Origin: an uncultured Gammaproteobacteria bacterium
GTDB taxonomy: Bacteria; Patescibacteriota; Microgenomatia; UBA8517
Reading direction: 5' to 3'
NCBI GenBank assembly: GCA_965231135.1
Contig: OZ246419.1
Location: 385,488 to 449,487, forward strand
Length of the DNA: 64,000 bases
Below the pieces are notes generated by a model, which saw only the letters and a list, made by a program, of their open reading frames with translations, made no database searches and had not been told where the DNA came from. A program made the position numbers and the translations under genes. Shown here piece after piece: positions 8,552 through 19,127 of the stretch (positions within the stretch are counted from its first letter, which is position 1; the number at the start of each line of letters is the position of its first letter).

Positions 8552-11143
8552 ATGTGGAAAAAAATTAGTTTTATTATTTTATTAATTGGCTTAGGAACTG
8601 TTTTTCATAAGTTTTTTTTGAATGGCCATCTTGTTTTTGGTGATGCCCCTTACTTTTATAACGAAGGATTTAAAGAGCTTCTTTACTTTCCGAGTGCTTG
8701 GACTTCAAGGGGTAATGCGTTAGGAAATGTGAATTTGTTTTTATGGATTTATCCTTTAATGTTTATTTATGGAGCTCTTGGTCATTTTTTACATTTTTCA
8801 AATGATGTAATACTTCGTGTTTTGTTTTATTTTCCATCTTTATTGTTTGGAGGATTGGGGATTTATCTTTTAGTCAGAAAATATTTTAAATTTTCTAATT
8901 TAGTTTGTTTTTACACTATTTTGTTTTATTTAATTAATACATATTTTTTACTTTTGATTGATGGTGGTCAAGTCGGAGTGGTTTTGGCATATGGACTTTT
9001 CCCGTTAGTACTTTTTTTAATTTTAAGTAGTAGTTTTTTGGTAGGTCTTGTTGCAGCTTTTATTTTGACAATTGTTGATTTTAGGATTGCCGCGATAGTC
9101 TTTCTGACAGCGTTGCTGCTTCAAGAGAAAAAACTTGCAAAGATTGGAAAATTGATTTTAATGGCTCTTTGTTTACTCGGACTCTCAATGTACTGGATAA
9201 TTCCAGCTTTGAGATTGTCTGCTGAAGTTAGTACGGATGTTGCATCGCTTCAAACGACTTCTTTTCTTAATACTTTATTTTTAACTTCTTCCAATTGGCC
9301 TACAAATCAATTTGGGCAAACAATTCCCGTTTATTTTTATTTTGTAATTATACCGATTCTTGTTTTTTTGCCGGTTTTTTTAATAAAAAACAAAAAGATA
9401 ATTTTTCTTACTTTGTGTTTGATGGTTTTTGCTTTTCTTGCAAAAGGAGAGACTCCACCATTTAGTTTTTTTTATAGTTTTTTTGTAAATAATAAGTTTG
9501 GAAGTGTTTTTCGTGATTCTACAAAATTTTTTATTCCACTTCTGTTATTTGGATCCATTTTAATTGGTGTAGCTATCGAAGAGATATCTAGAAGAGTTAA
9601 TAAATATTCGTTTCTTGTAAAAGCTTTGGGTTTCATAATTATTTTATTTTTGGTATGGCAGGTTGTAGTAGGGAAAATGAATGGTAGTTTGGGAAGAAAC
9701 ATAGATATTGGCGATTATGAAAAAATTTATAACACATTAGTTGCTCAAAATGATTTTTTTAGGGATGCTTGGTTTAATGAAATTTCACCGTTTTCGTTTT
9801 CGAATAACAATAATCAGGCTTTGTCTGCCTCTGATCTAGTGAACTTTAGACCATTTGCATCTATGAATAATGGTACTGGTGATAAATTTAATTTTATTAA
9901 TAATCCGCTTTATCTCGATTTTTTTAGGCTTTTTGGAATTAAATATTTGGTTTTCAATGGCAATCCTAGATCTCGAAATTTAAGTGAAACAGAACAACAA
10001 GATTGGGATAGATTAAATAATTTGATTGCCGCCGATAAACGCTTAAAGAAATTAGATATTGGGACAAACATACCTGTTTACGAGAATGGTTCTACTCTTC
10101 CAAATAAGTTTTTGGTTAATCAAAGTTTTGTAGTAATTGGCGGGGATGATATTTATCAGAAACTTAGTTTAATTGATAAGGATTTTTCTGTTTCTAATGA
10201 AGGTTTCTTATTCCCTGAAGATGGTAAATTTGCAGTGAGCAGCTTAGAGAATGTCGCATCAAGTGCTGCTGTTATTATATTTAACAACAAGACAGTTGAA
10301 GATTTAAAAATGAGTTTCCTTTCAGATGATTTTATTCCGTCATCATCTTCTTATTATTCAACCTGGGCAATAAGAAAGGCTAGCGATTACTTAATGTGGA
10401 AATATGAATTTTTAGAAAACAATATTGACACCCATGAGTTTGACTATAATTTAGGTGTTGCATTTTCAACAGTAAAAAATGAAAAACTGAATTTTAGTCT
10501 TAAAGTACCTGCTGATGGAAGTTATTATTTGGCGATTAGGACGATGTCGGGAGTAGATTCTTCAGATTTGAAATTAACTTTTAACCACGATGAGGAACTG
10601 GTACATAGAAAAGAAAGTGGTGATTTCGAATGGCAAGAATATGGACCGATTCCACTTCGTACTGGGAGTTATTCACTGAATTTGCAAAATGAAGGCGGGT
10701 TTCAAGCAGTTAATACGATAGCCTTAATTTCCCAAGCTGAAATGGATAATGCAAGCAATTTAAGCGATAAATTATTGGGCAATTTCCAAAACTATAATAT
10801 TGATAAAAGCAAAGATGTTTCCAGTTTGCAAAAAATATTAAATTTGGAGAAATCACAAAATTACAGTGGGGAGATTACTAAACCAGGTTGGATAATTTTT
10901 ACTGATACATTTAATAATAATTGGTATTTACAAAATGGTAACGATGAACAAAGTGTACCAATGTATTCTGCTGTCAATGGTTTTTATGTTGATCAGAATT
11001 TTAAAGATTTTAAAATAACTTTTAGAGGTGATGAATATTTAAGATGGGGAATTTATTTTTCGATTTTAACTTTACTTTTAATTATTATAGTTTATTTGTT
11101 TATAATTTATATGCATGAGAGAAAAAATACTCGCGATAACTAG
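8552..11143 (+). CDS. about 864-aa polytopic membrane protein, GT-C-like (YfhO-like)
   Basis: N-terminal multi-TM domain, large soluble domain, C-terminal TM (GIYFSILTLLLIIIVYLFIIY). The track starts it at TTG 8528; the ATG at 8552 (MWKKISF) is preferred. Confidence 0.55.
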   Translation: MWKKISFIILLIGLGTVFHKFFLNGHLVFGDAPYFYNEGFKELLYFPSAWTSRGNALGNVNLFLWIYPLMFIYGALGHFLHFSNDVILRVLFYFPSLLFGGLGIYLLVRKYFKFSNLVCFYTILFYLINTYFLLLIDGGQVGVVLAYGLFPLVLFLILSSSFLVGLVAAFILTIVDFRIAAIVFLTALLLQEKKLAKIGKLILMALCLLGLSMYWIIPALRLSAEVSTDVASLQTTSFLNTLFLTSSNWPTNQFGQTIPVYFYFVIIPILVFLPVFLIKNKKIIFLTLCLMVFAFLAKGETPPFSFFYSFFVNNKFGSVFRDSTKFFIPLLLFGSILIGVAIEEISRRVNKYSFLVKALGFIIILFLVWQVVVGKMNGSLGRNIDIGDYEKIYNTLVAQNDFFRDAWFNEISPFSFSNNNNQALSASDLVNFRPFASMNNGTGDKFNFINNPLYLDFFRLFGIKYLVFNGNPRSRNLSETEQQDWDRLNNLIAADKRLKKLDIGTNIPVYENGSTLPNKFLVNQSFVVIGGDDIYQKLSLIDKDFSVSNEGFLFPEDGKFAVSSLENVASSAAVIIFNNKTVEDLKMSFLSDDFIPSSSSYYSTWAIRKASDYLMWKYEFLENNIDTHEFDYNLGVAFSTVKNEKLNFSLKVPADGSYYLAIRTMSGVDSSDLKLTFNHDEELVHRKESGDFEWQEYGPIPLRTGSYSLNLQNEGGFQAVNTIALISQAEMDNASNLSDKLLGNFQNYNIDKSKDVSSLQKILNLEKSQNYSGEITKPGWIIFTDTFNNNWYLQNGNDEQSVPMYSAVNGFYVDQNFKDFKITFRGDEYLRWGIYFSILTLLLIIIVYLFIIYMHERKNTRDN

Positions 11144-12383
11144 ATCGGCAACTTTTCGTCATACAGGAATTGTTACGACAGCAACTGTAATAAATGGAAT
11201 TTTGGGTTTTGTATTTTTTTGGTGGGTAGCTCGCGTTTTTGACGCGAAAACATTGGGTGAATTTAGCGTTGCTGTAACTGCTTCTGGACTTGTTACTGAT
11301 ATTGCAGTAGTGGGTACGGAAACTGGAACTGTAAATTTTGTAGGAAAATATATAAAAAAAGAAAAGGAAAAGGCTTTAAGATTTTTAAAGTTGGCGTTTG
11401 AGACAAAAATTGTTGTTTGTGTATTAGTAGTTGTTATTGGCTGGTTCTTGGTTCCTTTTTTTGCAATTTATTTTTTTAAAAACAGTTCGTTAATTTTACC
11501 TCTTAGACTGTCACTTTTTATTTCAGTAGGACTTTTATTATTCGGGTTTGCAACTAGCAGTTTGCAGGCGATTCAGAAATTTAATATCTGGGGTTTAGTT
11601 AACATCTCCTCTAATTTTACAAGACTCGTTTTTATGGCTATATTGTTAGCTACCGGTAGCTTTGCATTACAGTCGGGTTTAATTATTCAAACAGTTGCTC
11701 CGATAATATTTTTTATATCTTCGCTTTTGTTTTTGCCCAGGTTTTTGGGAGTTAAAAATGAAAATAAAGTTTTGCAAGAATTTTTCCATTATAATAAATG
11801 GGTTGCGTTATTTACTATTCTTGCTGCGGTAGCAAGTAGACTAGATATTTTTTTTGTTACTAGAATTTTAGGGCTTACTGCTGTTGGTATTTATTCAGTT
11901 GCAGTCACTTTATCTAGTATTATTCCTCAGCTTGTGGGTGCAATAGGAACAGTTGTTGCTCCAAAACTTGCAGGGCAAAACAATAAAACACAAGCGATTG
12001 AATATCTTAAAAAATTGCAGGTTTTTGTTGGTGTACTTTCTTTGTTGGGAATAGTTTCAGGGATTTTTGTTGGATATTTTTTTATAAGACATTTCTATAA
12101 ACCAGAATATTTTGCAAGTTTTGTTCCCTTTATAGTTTTACTTGTTGCTCAAGTAGTTTTCCTTTTTTCTATTCCAGTGCACATGACCACAATTTATTAT
12201 TTTTCATATCCAAAACTTTTTGTAACAATAAGTCTTGTGAATGTAATTGTTGTTACCATTTTTTGTTTAGTTTTAATACCAATTTTTGGTATAGCTGGAG
12301 CAGCGTTAGCTATCTTATTTGGGAGTATTTCCAATTTTATTATTCCTGCATTTTGGGTTTTTGGAAAATTTAAAAATGATTAG
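11115..12383 (+). CDS. oligosaccharide flippase (MOP superfamily, Wzx-like polysaccharide biosynthesis protein)
   Basis: 422 aa with about 12-14 TM helices and a polysaccharide-biosynthesis-protein-like N-terminus. Overlaps the upstream gene by 29 nt. Confidence 0.55.
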   Translation: MREKILAITRSATFRHTGIVTTATVINGILGFVFFWWVARVFDAKTLGEFSVAVTASGLVTDIAVVGTETGTVNFVGKYIKKEKEKALRFLKLAFETKIVVCVLVVVIGWFLVPFFAIYFFKNSSLILPLRLSLFISVGLLLFGFATSSLQAIQKFNIWGLVNISSNFTRLVFMAILLATGSFALQSGLIIQTVAPIIFFISSLLFLPRFLGVKNENKVLQEFFHYNKWVALFTILAAVASRLDIFFVTRILGLTAVGIYSVAVTLSSIIPQLVGAIGTVVAPKLAGQNNKTQAIEYLKKLQVFVGVLSLLGIVSGIFVGYFFIRHFYKPEYFASFVPFIVLLVAQVVFLFSIPVHMTTIYYFSYPKLFVTISLVNVIVVTIFCLVLIPIFGIAGAALAILFGSISNFIIPAFWVFGKFKND

Positions 12384-13179
12384 TATAAATACATTGGTTA
12401 AAAATGAAGAAAATTTTTTATGGTATAGTGTTGGTTCTGTTGTAAATTACGTTGATGAAATTTTGCTTTGGGACACAGGGAGTACCGATCAAACGCTAAA
12501 AATTATTGAGGAAATTATAAAAAGATATCCTCATAAAATTCATTTTAAGCAGATTGGTAGAGTGGACCCGGAAGAATATAGTGGTGTGCGTCAACAAATG
12601 CTAGACAACAGTATTGGAGATTGGGTTTTTATATTAGATGGGGATGAGGTTTGGTGGGATGAGAATATTAAAAAGATAAGCAGTTTTATTAATAGTAATA
12701 AAGTTTATGAGTCTGTGGTTGTAAAAACTTACAATTTGATTGGTGACATGTTTCATTTTCAGGAAGAGAATGCTGGAATGTATCGGTTTGGAAAAAGACG
12801 AGGGCATTTTGCACTTCGATTTATGAATAAAAATATTCCAGGACTGCACGTTGGAGATGTTTATGGTAAAGAAGGCTTTTTTGATGGTGATGGTTTACCG
12901 ATACAAAATCGTGATGAGTCTAAAATAATGTTTTTTGATTTAGCGTACGTTCACGCTACACATCTTACAAGATCAACTAAAGATTTTGAAGTAATGCAGC
13001 GAGATAAAAAAAAGAAATATGAAAGAGGAATAGAATTTGCGGGGGATTTTTATTTTCCAGAGGTTTTTTTTAGAGAAAAACCTGAAATAGTTCCAAATAA
13101 TTGGGAAAATACTCAATTGGGTTTCAAAGTAAAAGCGTATCTACAGACACCGCTTAAAAAAATTAAAAGACGAATATGA
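12376..13179 (+). CDS. glycosyltransferase family 2-like
   Basis: ISINTLVKNEENFL...DTGSTDQT...FILDGDEVW motifs of a GT-A fold. The start overlaps the flippase stop (ATGATTAG). Confidence 0.6.
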   Translation: MISINTLVKNEENFLWYSVGSVVNYVDEILLWDTGSTDQTLKIIEEIIKRYPHKIHFKQIGRVDPEEYSGVRQQMLDNSIGDWVFILDGDEVWWDENIKKISSFINSNKVYESVVVKTYNLIGDMFHFQEENAGMYRFGKRRGHFALRFMNKNIPGLHVGDVYGKEGFFDGDGLPIQNRDESKIMFFDLAYVHATHLTRSTKDFEVMQRDKKKKYERGIEFAGDFYFPEVFFREKPEIVPNNWENTQLGFKVKAYLQTPLKKIKRRI

Positions 13180-13877
13180 GTAATTACAAAAAATATCATC
13201 GCGATAAGACTTATGAAGAAAATGAAAGTCATTTTAAAAATATTTTCAAAACAAGGTTTGAGATAGCTAAAAAATATATAAAGAATGGAAAGGTTCTTGA
13301 TATTGGTGCATCAACTGGAGCAATGCTTGATCTCTTTAGAGAAGATGGATTTGAAACTTGGGGAGTAGAACCATCTGAAAGCAATAAAATTGCAAAGAAA
13401 AAGGGACATAAAATAATAAATGAATATTTTGAAAAAACAAATTTGCCTAAAAATTATTTTGATTTAGTGATTATGAATCATACCTTAGAACATGTTAAAG
13501 ATGCTGAAAAAGTAGTGGCGAAGATTTATAAGATTTTAAAACCTCGAGGGATTTTGTTGGTTGATGTTCCTAATGCGGGAGGGATTGCCTCAAAAATATT
13601 GCAAGATAAATGGCCATATAAACTACCAAAAGAGCATGTTAGCCAGTTTACAAAGAGGAGTTTACAAAAGCTATTTAAAAAAAATAATTTTGAAGTTATT
13701 CATTTTGAAAGCAGATCGGGAATTTTCGAGTTTAGTGATCCTTTTAAAGAAATTTGGGAAGCATTGACACAAAAAAAAAGAAGATTTTTTACAGATATCA
13801 TAAATATCCCCTACGATATCTTCGTAACTTTTTTTGATGAGGGCGATAGTATGACAGTGGTGGGAAGGAAAAATTAA
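13176..13877 (+). CDS. class I SAM-dependent methyltransferase
   Basis: Motif I VLDIGASTGAM, motif II DLVIMNHTLEHV, motif III LKPRGILLVDVP. ATGA overlap with the upstream gene. Confidence 0.7.
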   Translation: MSNYKKYHRDKTYEENESHFKNIFKTRFEIAKKYIKNGKVLDIGASTGAMLDLFREDGFETWGVEPSESNKIAKKKGHKIINEYFEKTNLPKNYFDLVIMNHTLEHVKDAEKVVAKIYKILKPRGILLVDVPNAGGIASKILQDKWPYKLPKEHVSQFTKRSLQKLFKKNNFEVIHFESRSGIFEFSDPFKEIWEALTQKKRRFFTDIINIPYDIFVTFFDEGDSMTVVGRKN

Positions 13878-15226
13878 TGAAGAAAGTTTGCTTTTATTTA
13901 CTTTTAATTTTAGGGCTGCATTTGATTATTCTTAATTTATTGCAATTTACTGCTTGGCCTGAAATGATCAGTTTTCCTTATTTTCTTAATCATGGGTTTA
14001 TAAATTATTCAGACATGGTGCATGCTTACCCGCCACTTTTAGTGGTATTACTTTCGGTTGTTTATAAAATATTTGGTTATAAATTGATTGCTTTGGAGAT
14101 TTTTGGTTGGATTGGGTTTTTGGTTAATGATTTTCTAATATTTTTGATTTTAAAGAAATTAACCAAGAAAGAATATTTAGCAGTTTGCGGAGTTTTGGTC
14201 TATGTATTTTTACAGCCAATATTAGAAGGGAATATGGTTTGGCCAGATTTATTTATGAGCCCGTTTTTGCTGGGGGGATTTTTGTTATTTTTAAACAAAA
14301 GATTTTTTTTGACGGGATTAATTTTAGTGTTAGCAGTTTTAACAAAACAGACTGGAATTTTTTATTTAGGAATTGTCGGCTTTTGTTTATTGTTTAAAAA
14401 AGATGTGAAAAATATTTTTAAATATATATTTGGAATCACGATTATAATTTTACCGTTTTTATTTTCTTTAATAATGCAAACCTCTCTAAAAGATTTTATA
14501 AATTGGACGATAATTTACCCAAGTAAATATTGGACAAAGTTTCCCGGATATGTCCAACTTTTGCCGACAGCGCGAGAAGGTATTTTATTATTTATTTTAA
14601 TTATCTCGATTTTGTTAATACTGACAAAATCTTTTAAACAAGTGAAACGAAAAAAAGAATTTTATTTACTTTCCTCATTTTTTCTTGCAGGAATAATTGG
14701 GTTTTATCCCAGGTTTTCCTTTTTTCATTTACAACCGGCAATTGCTTTTTTTGTTATTTTAATTATTTATTTGTCTTCAAAAATTAATTTTAATTATTAT
14801 CTATTATTTTTAATTCCTATTTTGGTTTTGATTATTAATATTAGAAGTTTGCAATTTAGAGGGAGCAGATTTTGGAGTAGTGATGAAATATTGGCTAAAA
14901 CGGTACAAAGAGATTCTCTGCAAAATAAGCCAATTTATTTATTAGGGTTAAATAGCGATATTTATGCTTTTTCAGATAGATTTCCAAATAAGCCCTGGCT
15001 TGATAATTTCGGGTGGTATTTAGAAATTCCAGGAGTTCAGGAAAGTGTTATTAAAAGCTTTAACACAAATAAACCGTCTGCGATTTTTTGGGCAGCGCCT
15101 CAAAATGGAAATTGGTATGATATAGGGACATATCAGCCAAAAATGATTACTGATTGGATAAAAGAGAATTATGTTTACACCAAAAATATTTCTGAAGGAG
15201 TTCAAGAATGGAAACTAAAAAAATAA
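13877..15226 (+). CDS. 449-aa polytopic membrane protein, probable GT-C-like glycosyltransferase
   Basis: More than 10 TM helices and a C-terminal soluble domain. Sits in an operon with GTs. Confidence 0.4.
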   Translation: MKKVCFYLLLILGLHLIILNLLQFTAWPEMISFPYFLNHGFINYSDMVHAYPPLLVVLLSVVYKIFGYKLIALEIFGWIGFLVNDFLIFLILKKLTKKEYLAVCGVLVYVFLQPILEGNMVWPDLFMSPFLLGGFLLFLNKRFFLTGLILVLAVLTKQTGIFYLGIVGFCLLFKKDVKNIFKYIFGITIIILPFLFSLIMQTSLKDFINWTIIYPSKYWTKFPGYVQLLPTAREGILLFILIISILLILTKSFKQVKRKKEFYLLSSFFLAGIIGFYPRFSFFHLQPAIAFFVILIIYLSSKINFNYYLLFLIPILVLIINIRSLQFRGSRFWSSDEILAKTVQRDSLQNKPIYLLGLNSDIYAFSDRFPNKPWLDNFGWYLEIPGVQESVIKSFNTNKPSAIFWAAPQNGNWYDIGTYQPKMITDWIKENYVYTKNISEGVQEWKLKK

Positions 15227-16254
15227 AAGTTGCTTTTCTAAGTTTTTATAGTGGGAAAGTTTATCGTGGAGTTGAAACTTATGTGCATGAATTAGCAAAT
15301 AGATTAATTGATTTGGATGTTGATGTAACCGTTTATCAGAATGGAGATAAATTGCCAAATTCGAAATATAAAGTAAATTCTTCAAAACTTAAAATTAATT
15401 GGAAAATACCGTTTAAAAATTTTTATTGGAATATTTTGTTAGGGAAACATGTGATAAGAGTTTTAAGAAATATAGATGCAGATATTATTGTTGCAACAAA
15501 CGGCAGTACTCAAACTCTATTGGTTAAATTGTGGTGCTTAATAAACAATAAAAAAATTATTATACCTGGGCAGTCAGGTCCAGGTGGTGATGACAAGTTT
15601 AACTTAATTTGTTTTCCTAATTGTTTTATTGCACTTACAAACTGGCAGAAAGGTTGGGCAAAAAAAATTAATCCTTTTGTAAAAACTGAAGTGATTCCAA
15701 ACGGAGTTGATTTAAAAAAGTTTAATAAAAATATTAAACCAATCCAAATTAATTTACCAAAACCAATTGTTTTAAATGTTGGAGCTTTAGTTGAAGAAAA
15801 AAGACAAGATTTAATTATAAAAGCTGTATCAAAAACAAATGCATCACTTTTAATTGTAGGGAAAGGAAATAAGGAAGAAGAACTGCGGAAGTTGGGCGAT
15901 AAACTGCTTCCGGGAAGGTTTAAAATTGTAAGTTTTAGTCATGAAAAAATGCCAGAAGTTTATACTTCATGCGATTTATTTACATATCCAACAGTTTCTT
16001 GGGAATCTTTTGGTATTGTTATGGTTGAAGCAATGGCAAGCGGATTACCAGTTGTAGCTAATAATGATCCGATTAGACGAGAAATTGTTGGTAATGCTGG
16101 TTATTTTGTTGACCCAATTAATACGGAAGAATATGCGAAAGTTTTAGATCAGGGACTAAAAACAAAGTGGGGAAGCGCTCCAAGAAAACAAGCTGAAAAA
16201 TTTAGTTGGGATGAGATTGCCAAGAAATATAAAGATATAATTGAAGAATTATGA
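15208..16254 (+). CDS. glycosyltransferase family 4 (GT-B, group 1)
   Basis: C-terminal EX7E-type motif SWESFGIVMVEAMASGLPVV. Confidence 0.75.
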   Translation: METKKIKVAFLSFYSGKVYRGVETYVHELANRLIDLDVDVTVYQNGDKLPNSKYKVNSSKLKINWKIPFKNFYWNILLGKHVIRVLRNIDADIIVATNGSTQTLLVKLWCLINNKKIIIPGQSGPGGDDKFNLICFPNCFIALTNWQKGWAKKINPFVKTEVIPNGVDLKKFNKNIKPIQINLPKPIVLNVGALVEEKRQDLIIKAVSKTNASLLIVGKGNKEEELRKLGDKLLPGRFKIVSFSHEKMPEVYTSCDLFTYPTVSWESFGIVMVEAMASGLPVVANNDPIRREIVGNAGYFVDPINTEEYAKVLDQGLKTKWGSAPRKQAEKFSWDEIAKKYKDIIEEL

Positions 16255-17180
16255 GAGTAAGTGTAATTATTCCAGTTTACAACGAAGAAAAAGTAATTTT
16301 AGAATGCTTAAAGTCTTTAGATAAACAATTTGAAAAAGATTTTGAAGTAATTTTAGTTGACGATGGCAGCACTGATGATACATTAAAAATTATTTCTGAG
16401 TTTAAGTCTAAAAAATATAAAATTATCGTTTTGAAACAAAATCATGAAGGTCCGGCTATAGCTCGTAATCTTGGAGCAAAATATTCAAAAGGAAAGATTT
16501 TAGTTTTTGTTGATAGTGACATGACTTTCTCAGAAAACTTTTTAGGAGAACTTGTTGGCCCAATTAGGGAAGGAAAAACAAATGGAACTTTTAGTAAATT
16601 AGAATATGTCAAAAATAAAAATAATATTTGGGCAAAATGTTGGGGAATAAATCAAGGTTGGTTAGAAGGAATGAGGCATCCGAGAGATTATCCAGATCAG
16701 CAGAAAGTATTTCGGGCGATTTTAAAAAGCGAGTTTGAAAAAGTTAATGGATTTTCAAAAGGAGGGTATACCGATGATTACACTTTGAGCGATAAACTTG
16801 GTTATCAAGCAATAGCTGCAAAGGCAGTTTTTTATCATGAGAACCCTGATAATTTAAAAGAAGTTTTTGAGCAAGCAAAATGGTCCGCAAAAAGAAAATA
16901 TAAGATGGGATTTATTGGAGAATTAATTGCAACATTGCGATCGTTTATATTGATTTCAATAATTGCTGGACTTCTAAAATGGTTTGATATTTTAGGTCTT
17001 TTTCTTATTTTTAAAAAAAATGAAATTGATGAACCAAAATATTCTTTTAAGAATTATTTTTACGATTTATTGAATAGATTTGTTTTAGCTATTGGATTTT
17101 TGGTTTTTAAAATAGTGTATGATTTTGGAATTTTTGTGGGAATTTTGGAGATGATGTTTACAGGAAAGACTGCAAAATGA
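16251..17180 (+). CDS. glycosyltransferase family 2 with C-terminal TM segments
   Basis: N-terminus VSVIIPVYNEEKVILECL, DDGSTDDT and VDSD motifs. ATGA overlap with the upstream gene. Confidence 0.75.
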   Translation: MRVSVIIPVYNEEKVILECLKSLDKQFEKDFEVILVDDGSTDDTLKIISEFKSKKYKIIVLKQNHEGPAIARNLGAKYSKGKILVFVDSDMTFSENFLGELVGPIREGKTNGTFSKLEYVKNKNNIWAKCWGINQGWLEGMRHPRDYPDQQKVFRAILKSEFEKVNGFSKGGYTDDYTLSDKLGYQAIAAKAVFYHENPDNLKEVFEQAKWSAKRKYKMGFIGELIATLRSFILISIIAGLLKWFDILGLFLIFKKNEIDEPKYSFKNYFYDLLNRFVLAIGFLVFKIVYDFGIFVGILEMMFTGKTAK

Positions 17181-18520
17181 TAATTTTTATTTTACTTCTA
17201 GGACTTGGTTTAAGATTAATTTCTTTAAATCAATCTTTGTGGCTTGATGAAGCAACTTCTGTTTCCACTATTCATATGAGTTTATCCCAATTTTTTGGGA
17301 AATTTATTGTGGGAGATTTTCATCCGCCACTTTATTACTTAACTTTACGTGTATGGTCGATATTTTTTGGAACAACTGAAATTGGATTAAGAAGTTTATC
17401 TATTTTATTTGGAGTTTTAACGATTTATTTTGTTTATTTAATTGGAAAAGAATTGATTAACAAAGAGACGGGGATTGTTGGGTCTATTTTTGTAGCTACT
17501 TCAGGATTATCTATTTATTATTCGCAAGAAGCAAGAATGTATGCAATGAGTACATTTCTCGTAACATTTGCAATGTTTTCATTTGTGAAAATTTTAAAAA
17601 CAGACAGGGTAGAGTATTGGATGAGTTTTGCGATAACTTTAGGATTAGTTGGAGCAACTGATTATCTCCCACTTTTAATTTTACCTGTATTTTTCGTAAT
17701 TGGAATTTTAGGAAAGAAAAATATTAATTGGTTTAAGAAATTGATTACGTCGCACATTATATTGGGAGTTTTAGCCGCATTATGGTTACCGATATTTTTG
17801 AAACAATTACATTCGGGACTTTCAGTTGCAAACGGTTCCCCTGCCTGGGTAAATGTTTTAGGAACTTTTTCGGTAAAAAATATTTTATTGATACCTGTCA
17901 AATTTGGAATAGGGAGAATAAGTTTTGATAATAAGTTTGTTTATGCTGCCGTTGTTTTAACTGCCATTGCTATATTTGCTTATCTTTTTTATAAAGCAAG
18001 AAGGGACACTTTGATTTGGATGTGGTTAATTTTGCCAACAACAATGGCCCTTTTGATTAGTATTAAAATTCCAGTATTAAATTATTTCAGATTTTTGTTT
18101 GTATTGCCCGCTTTTTATTTAATTGCTGCAACTGGAGCAAACGCTTTGAAAAATAAATTTAGAGTAATTTTAGTTGTGTTGGTTTTGGCACTTAATTTAA
18201 CGACAAGTTTTATTTATTTGAGTAATGTGAAATTTCAAAGAGAGGACTGGAGAGATTTTGCAAAATTTGTAGGTAATAGTCCGGTCCTTTTTGCAGCAAA
18301 TTCGCAGAAAGAATCATTTTTGTACTATGATGCACATGCGAATATTATTAATTTGAAGCAAGCAAAAGATTATAAAGAAGTTTTTTTGATACGTTATTCT
18401 CAAGAAATTGTTGATCCAGCAGATTCTACTAGGGAAAATTTGGAGAATTTAGGATATCATAAGCTACAGGAATATGATTTTAATGGTGTGGTAGTTTGGA
18501 AATATGCGAGATCTAATTAA
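17177..18520 (+). CDS. GT-C membrane glycosyltransferase, ArnT/PMT (GT39)-like
   Basis: Start LWLDEATSV, then HPPLYYL, and a multi-TM body typical of dolichyl-phosphate-mannose-protein mannosyltransferase-like proteins. ATGA overlap. Confidence 0.55.
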   Translation: MIIFILLLGLGLRLISLNQSLWLDEATSVSTIHMSLSQFFGKFIVGDFHPPLYYLTLRVWSIFFGTTEIGLRSLSILFGVLTIYFVYLIGKELINKETGIVGSIFVATSGLSIYYSQEARMYAMSTFLVTFAMFSFVKILKTDRVEYWMSFAITLGLVGATDYLPLLILPVFFVIGILGKKNINWFKKLITSHIILGVLAALWLPIFLKQLHSGLSVANGSPAWVNVLGTFSVKNILLIPVKFGIGRISFDNKFVYAAVVLTAIAIFAYLFYKARRDTLIWMWLILPTTMALLISIKIPVLNYFRFLFVLPAFYLIAATGANALKNKFRVILVVLVLALNLTTSFIYLSNVKFQREDWRDFAKFVGNSPVLFAANSQKESFLYYDAHANIINLKQAKDYKEVFLIRYSQEIVDPADSTRENLENLGYHKLQEYDFNGVVVWKYARSN

Positions 18521-19127
18521 GAAATACCAAGATATATTTTTTTATTTACAGCTAACTAATAATCTTACTTATTGTAAAAGTGTTTTGGATGTGGGCTGTG
18601 GAAATGATTCGCCGATTAAAAATGTTAAGAAGACATTTAAGTCTGAAGGAGTCGATGTTTTTGCACCTGCAATTGCCGAAAGTAAACGCAAGAAGATTCA
18701 TGATTCATATAAAAAGGCTGACCTTAATAATCTTGGCAAATACTATAAAGACAATAGTTTTGATGCAACCGTGGCACTTGATGTTGTTGAACATTTTACC
18801 AAGAAAAAAGCTTTAAAACTGATTGCTTCCATGGAAAAAATAGCAGCAAAAAAAATAATTATTTTGACACCAAATGGATTTGTAAAACAAGGTGAGTATG
18901 GTGACAATCCATATCAAAGACATTTCAGTGGCTGGACTAAAGAAGAATTTGAACGAATGGGCTATAAAGTGTATGGACTGCGTGGCCCAAAATGCATTCG
19001 TGGAGAATATGCGACGATAAAATATAAGCCTTGGATTTTATGGGGATTAATTGTGTTTTTGACAGAGCCCCTGTTTTATTTCTGGCCGCAGGCAAGCTTT
19101 GATCTATTTGCTGTAAAGGAGAAATAA
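18504..19127 (+). CDS. class I SAM-dependent methyltransferase
   Basis: VLDVGCGNDSP (motif I), ALDVVEHF, KIIILTPNG. Confidence 0.65.
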   Translation: MRDLIKKYQDIFFYLQLTNNLTYCKSVLDVGCGNDSPIKNVKKTFKSEGVDVFAPAIAESKRKKIHDSYKKADLNNLGKYYKDNSFDATVALDVVEHFTKKKALKLIASMEKIAAKKIIILTPNGFVKQGEYGDNPYQRHFSGWTKEEFERMGYKVYGLRGPKCIRGEYATIKYKPWILWGLIVFLTEPLFYFWPQASFDLFAVKEK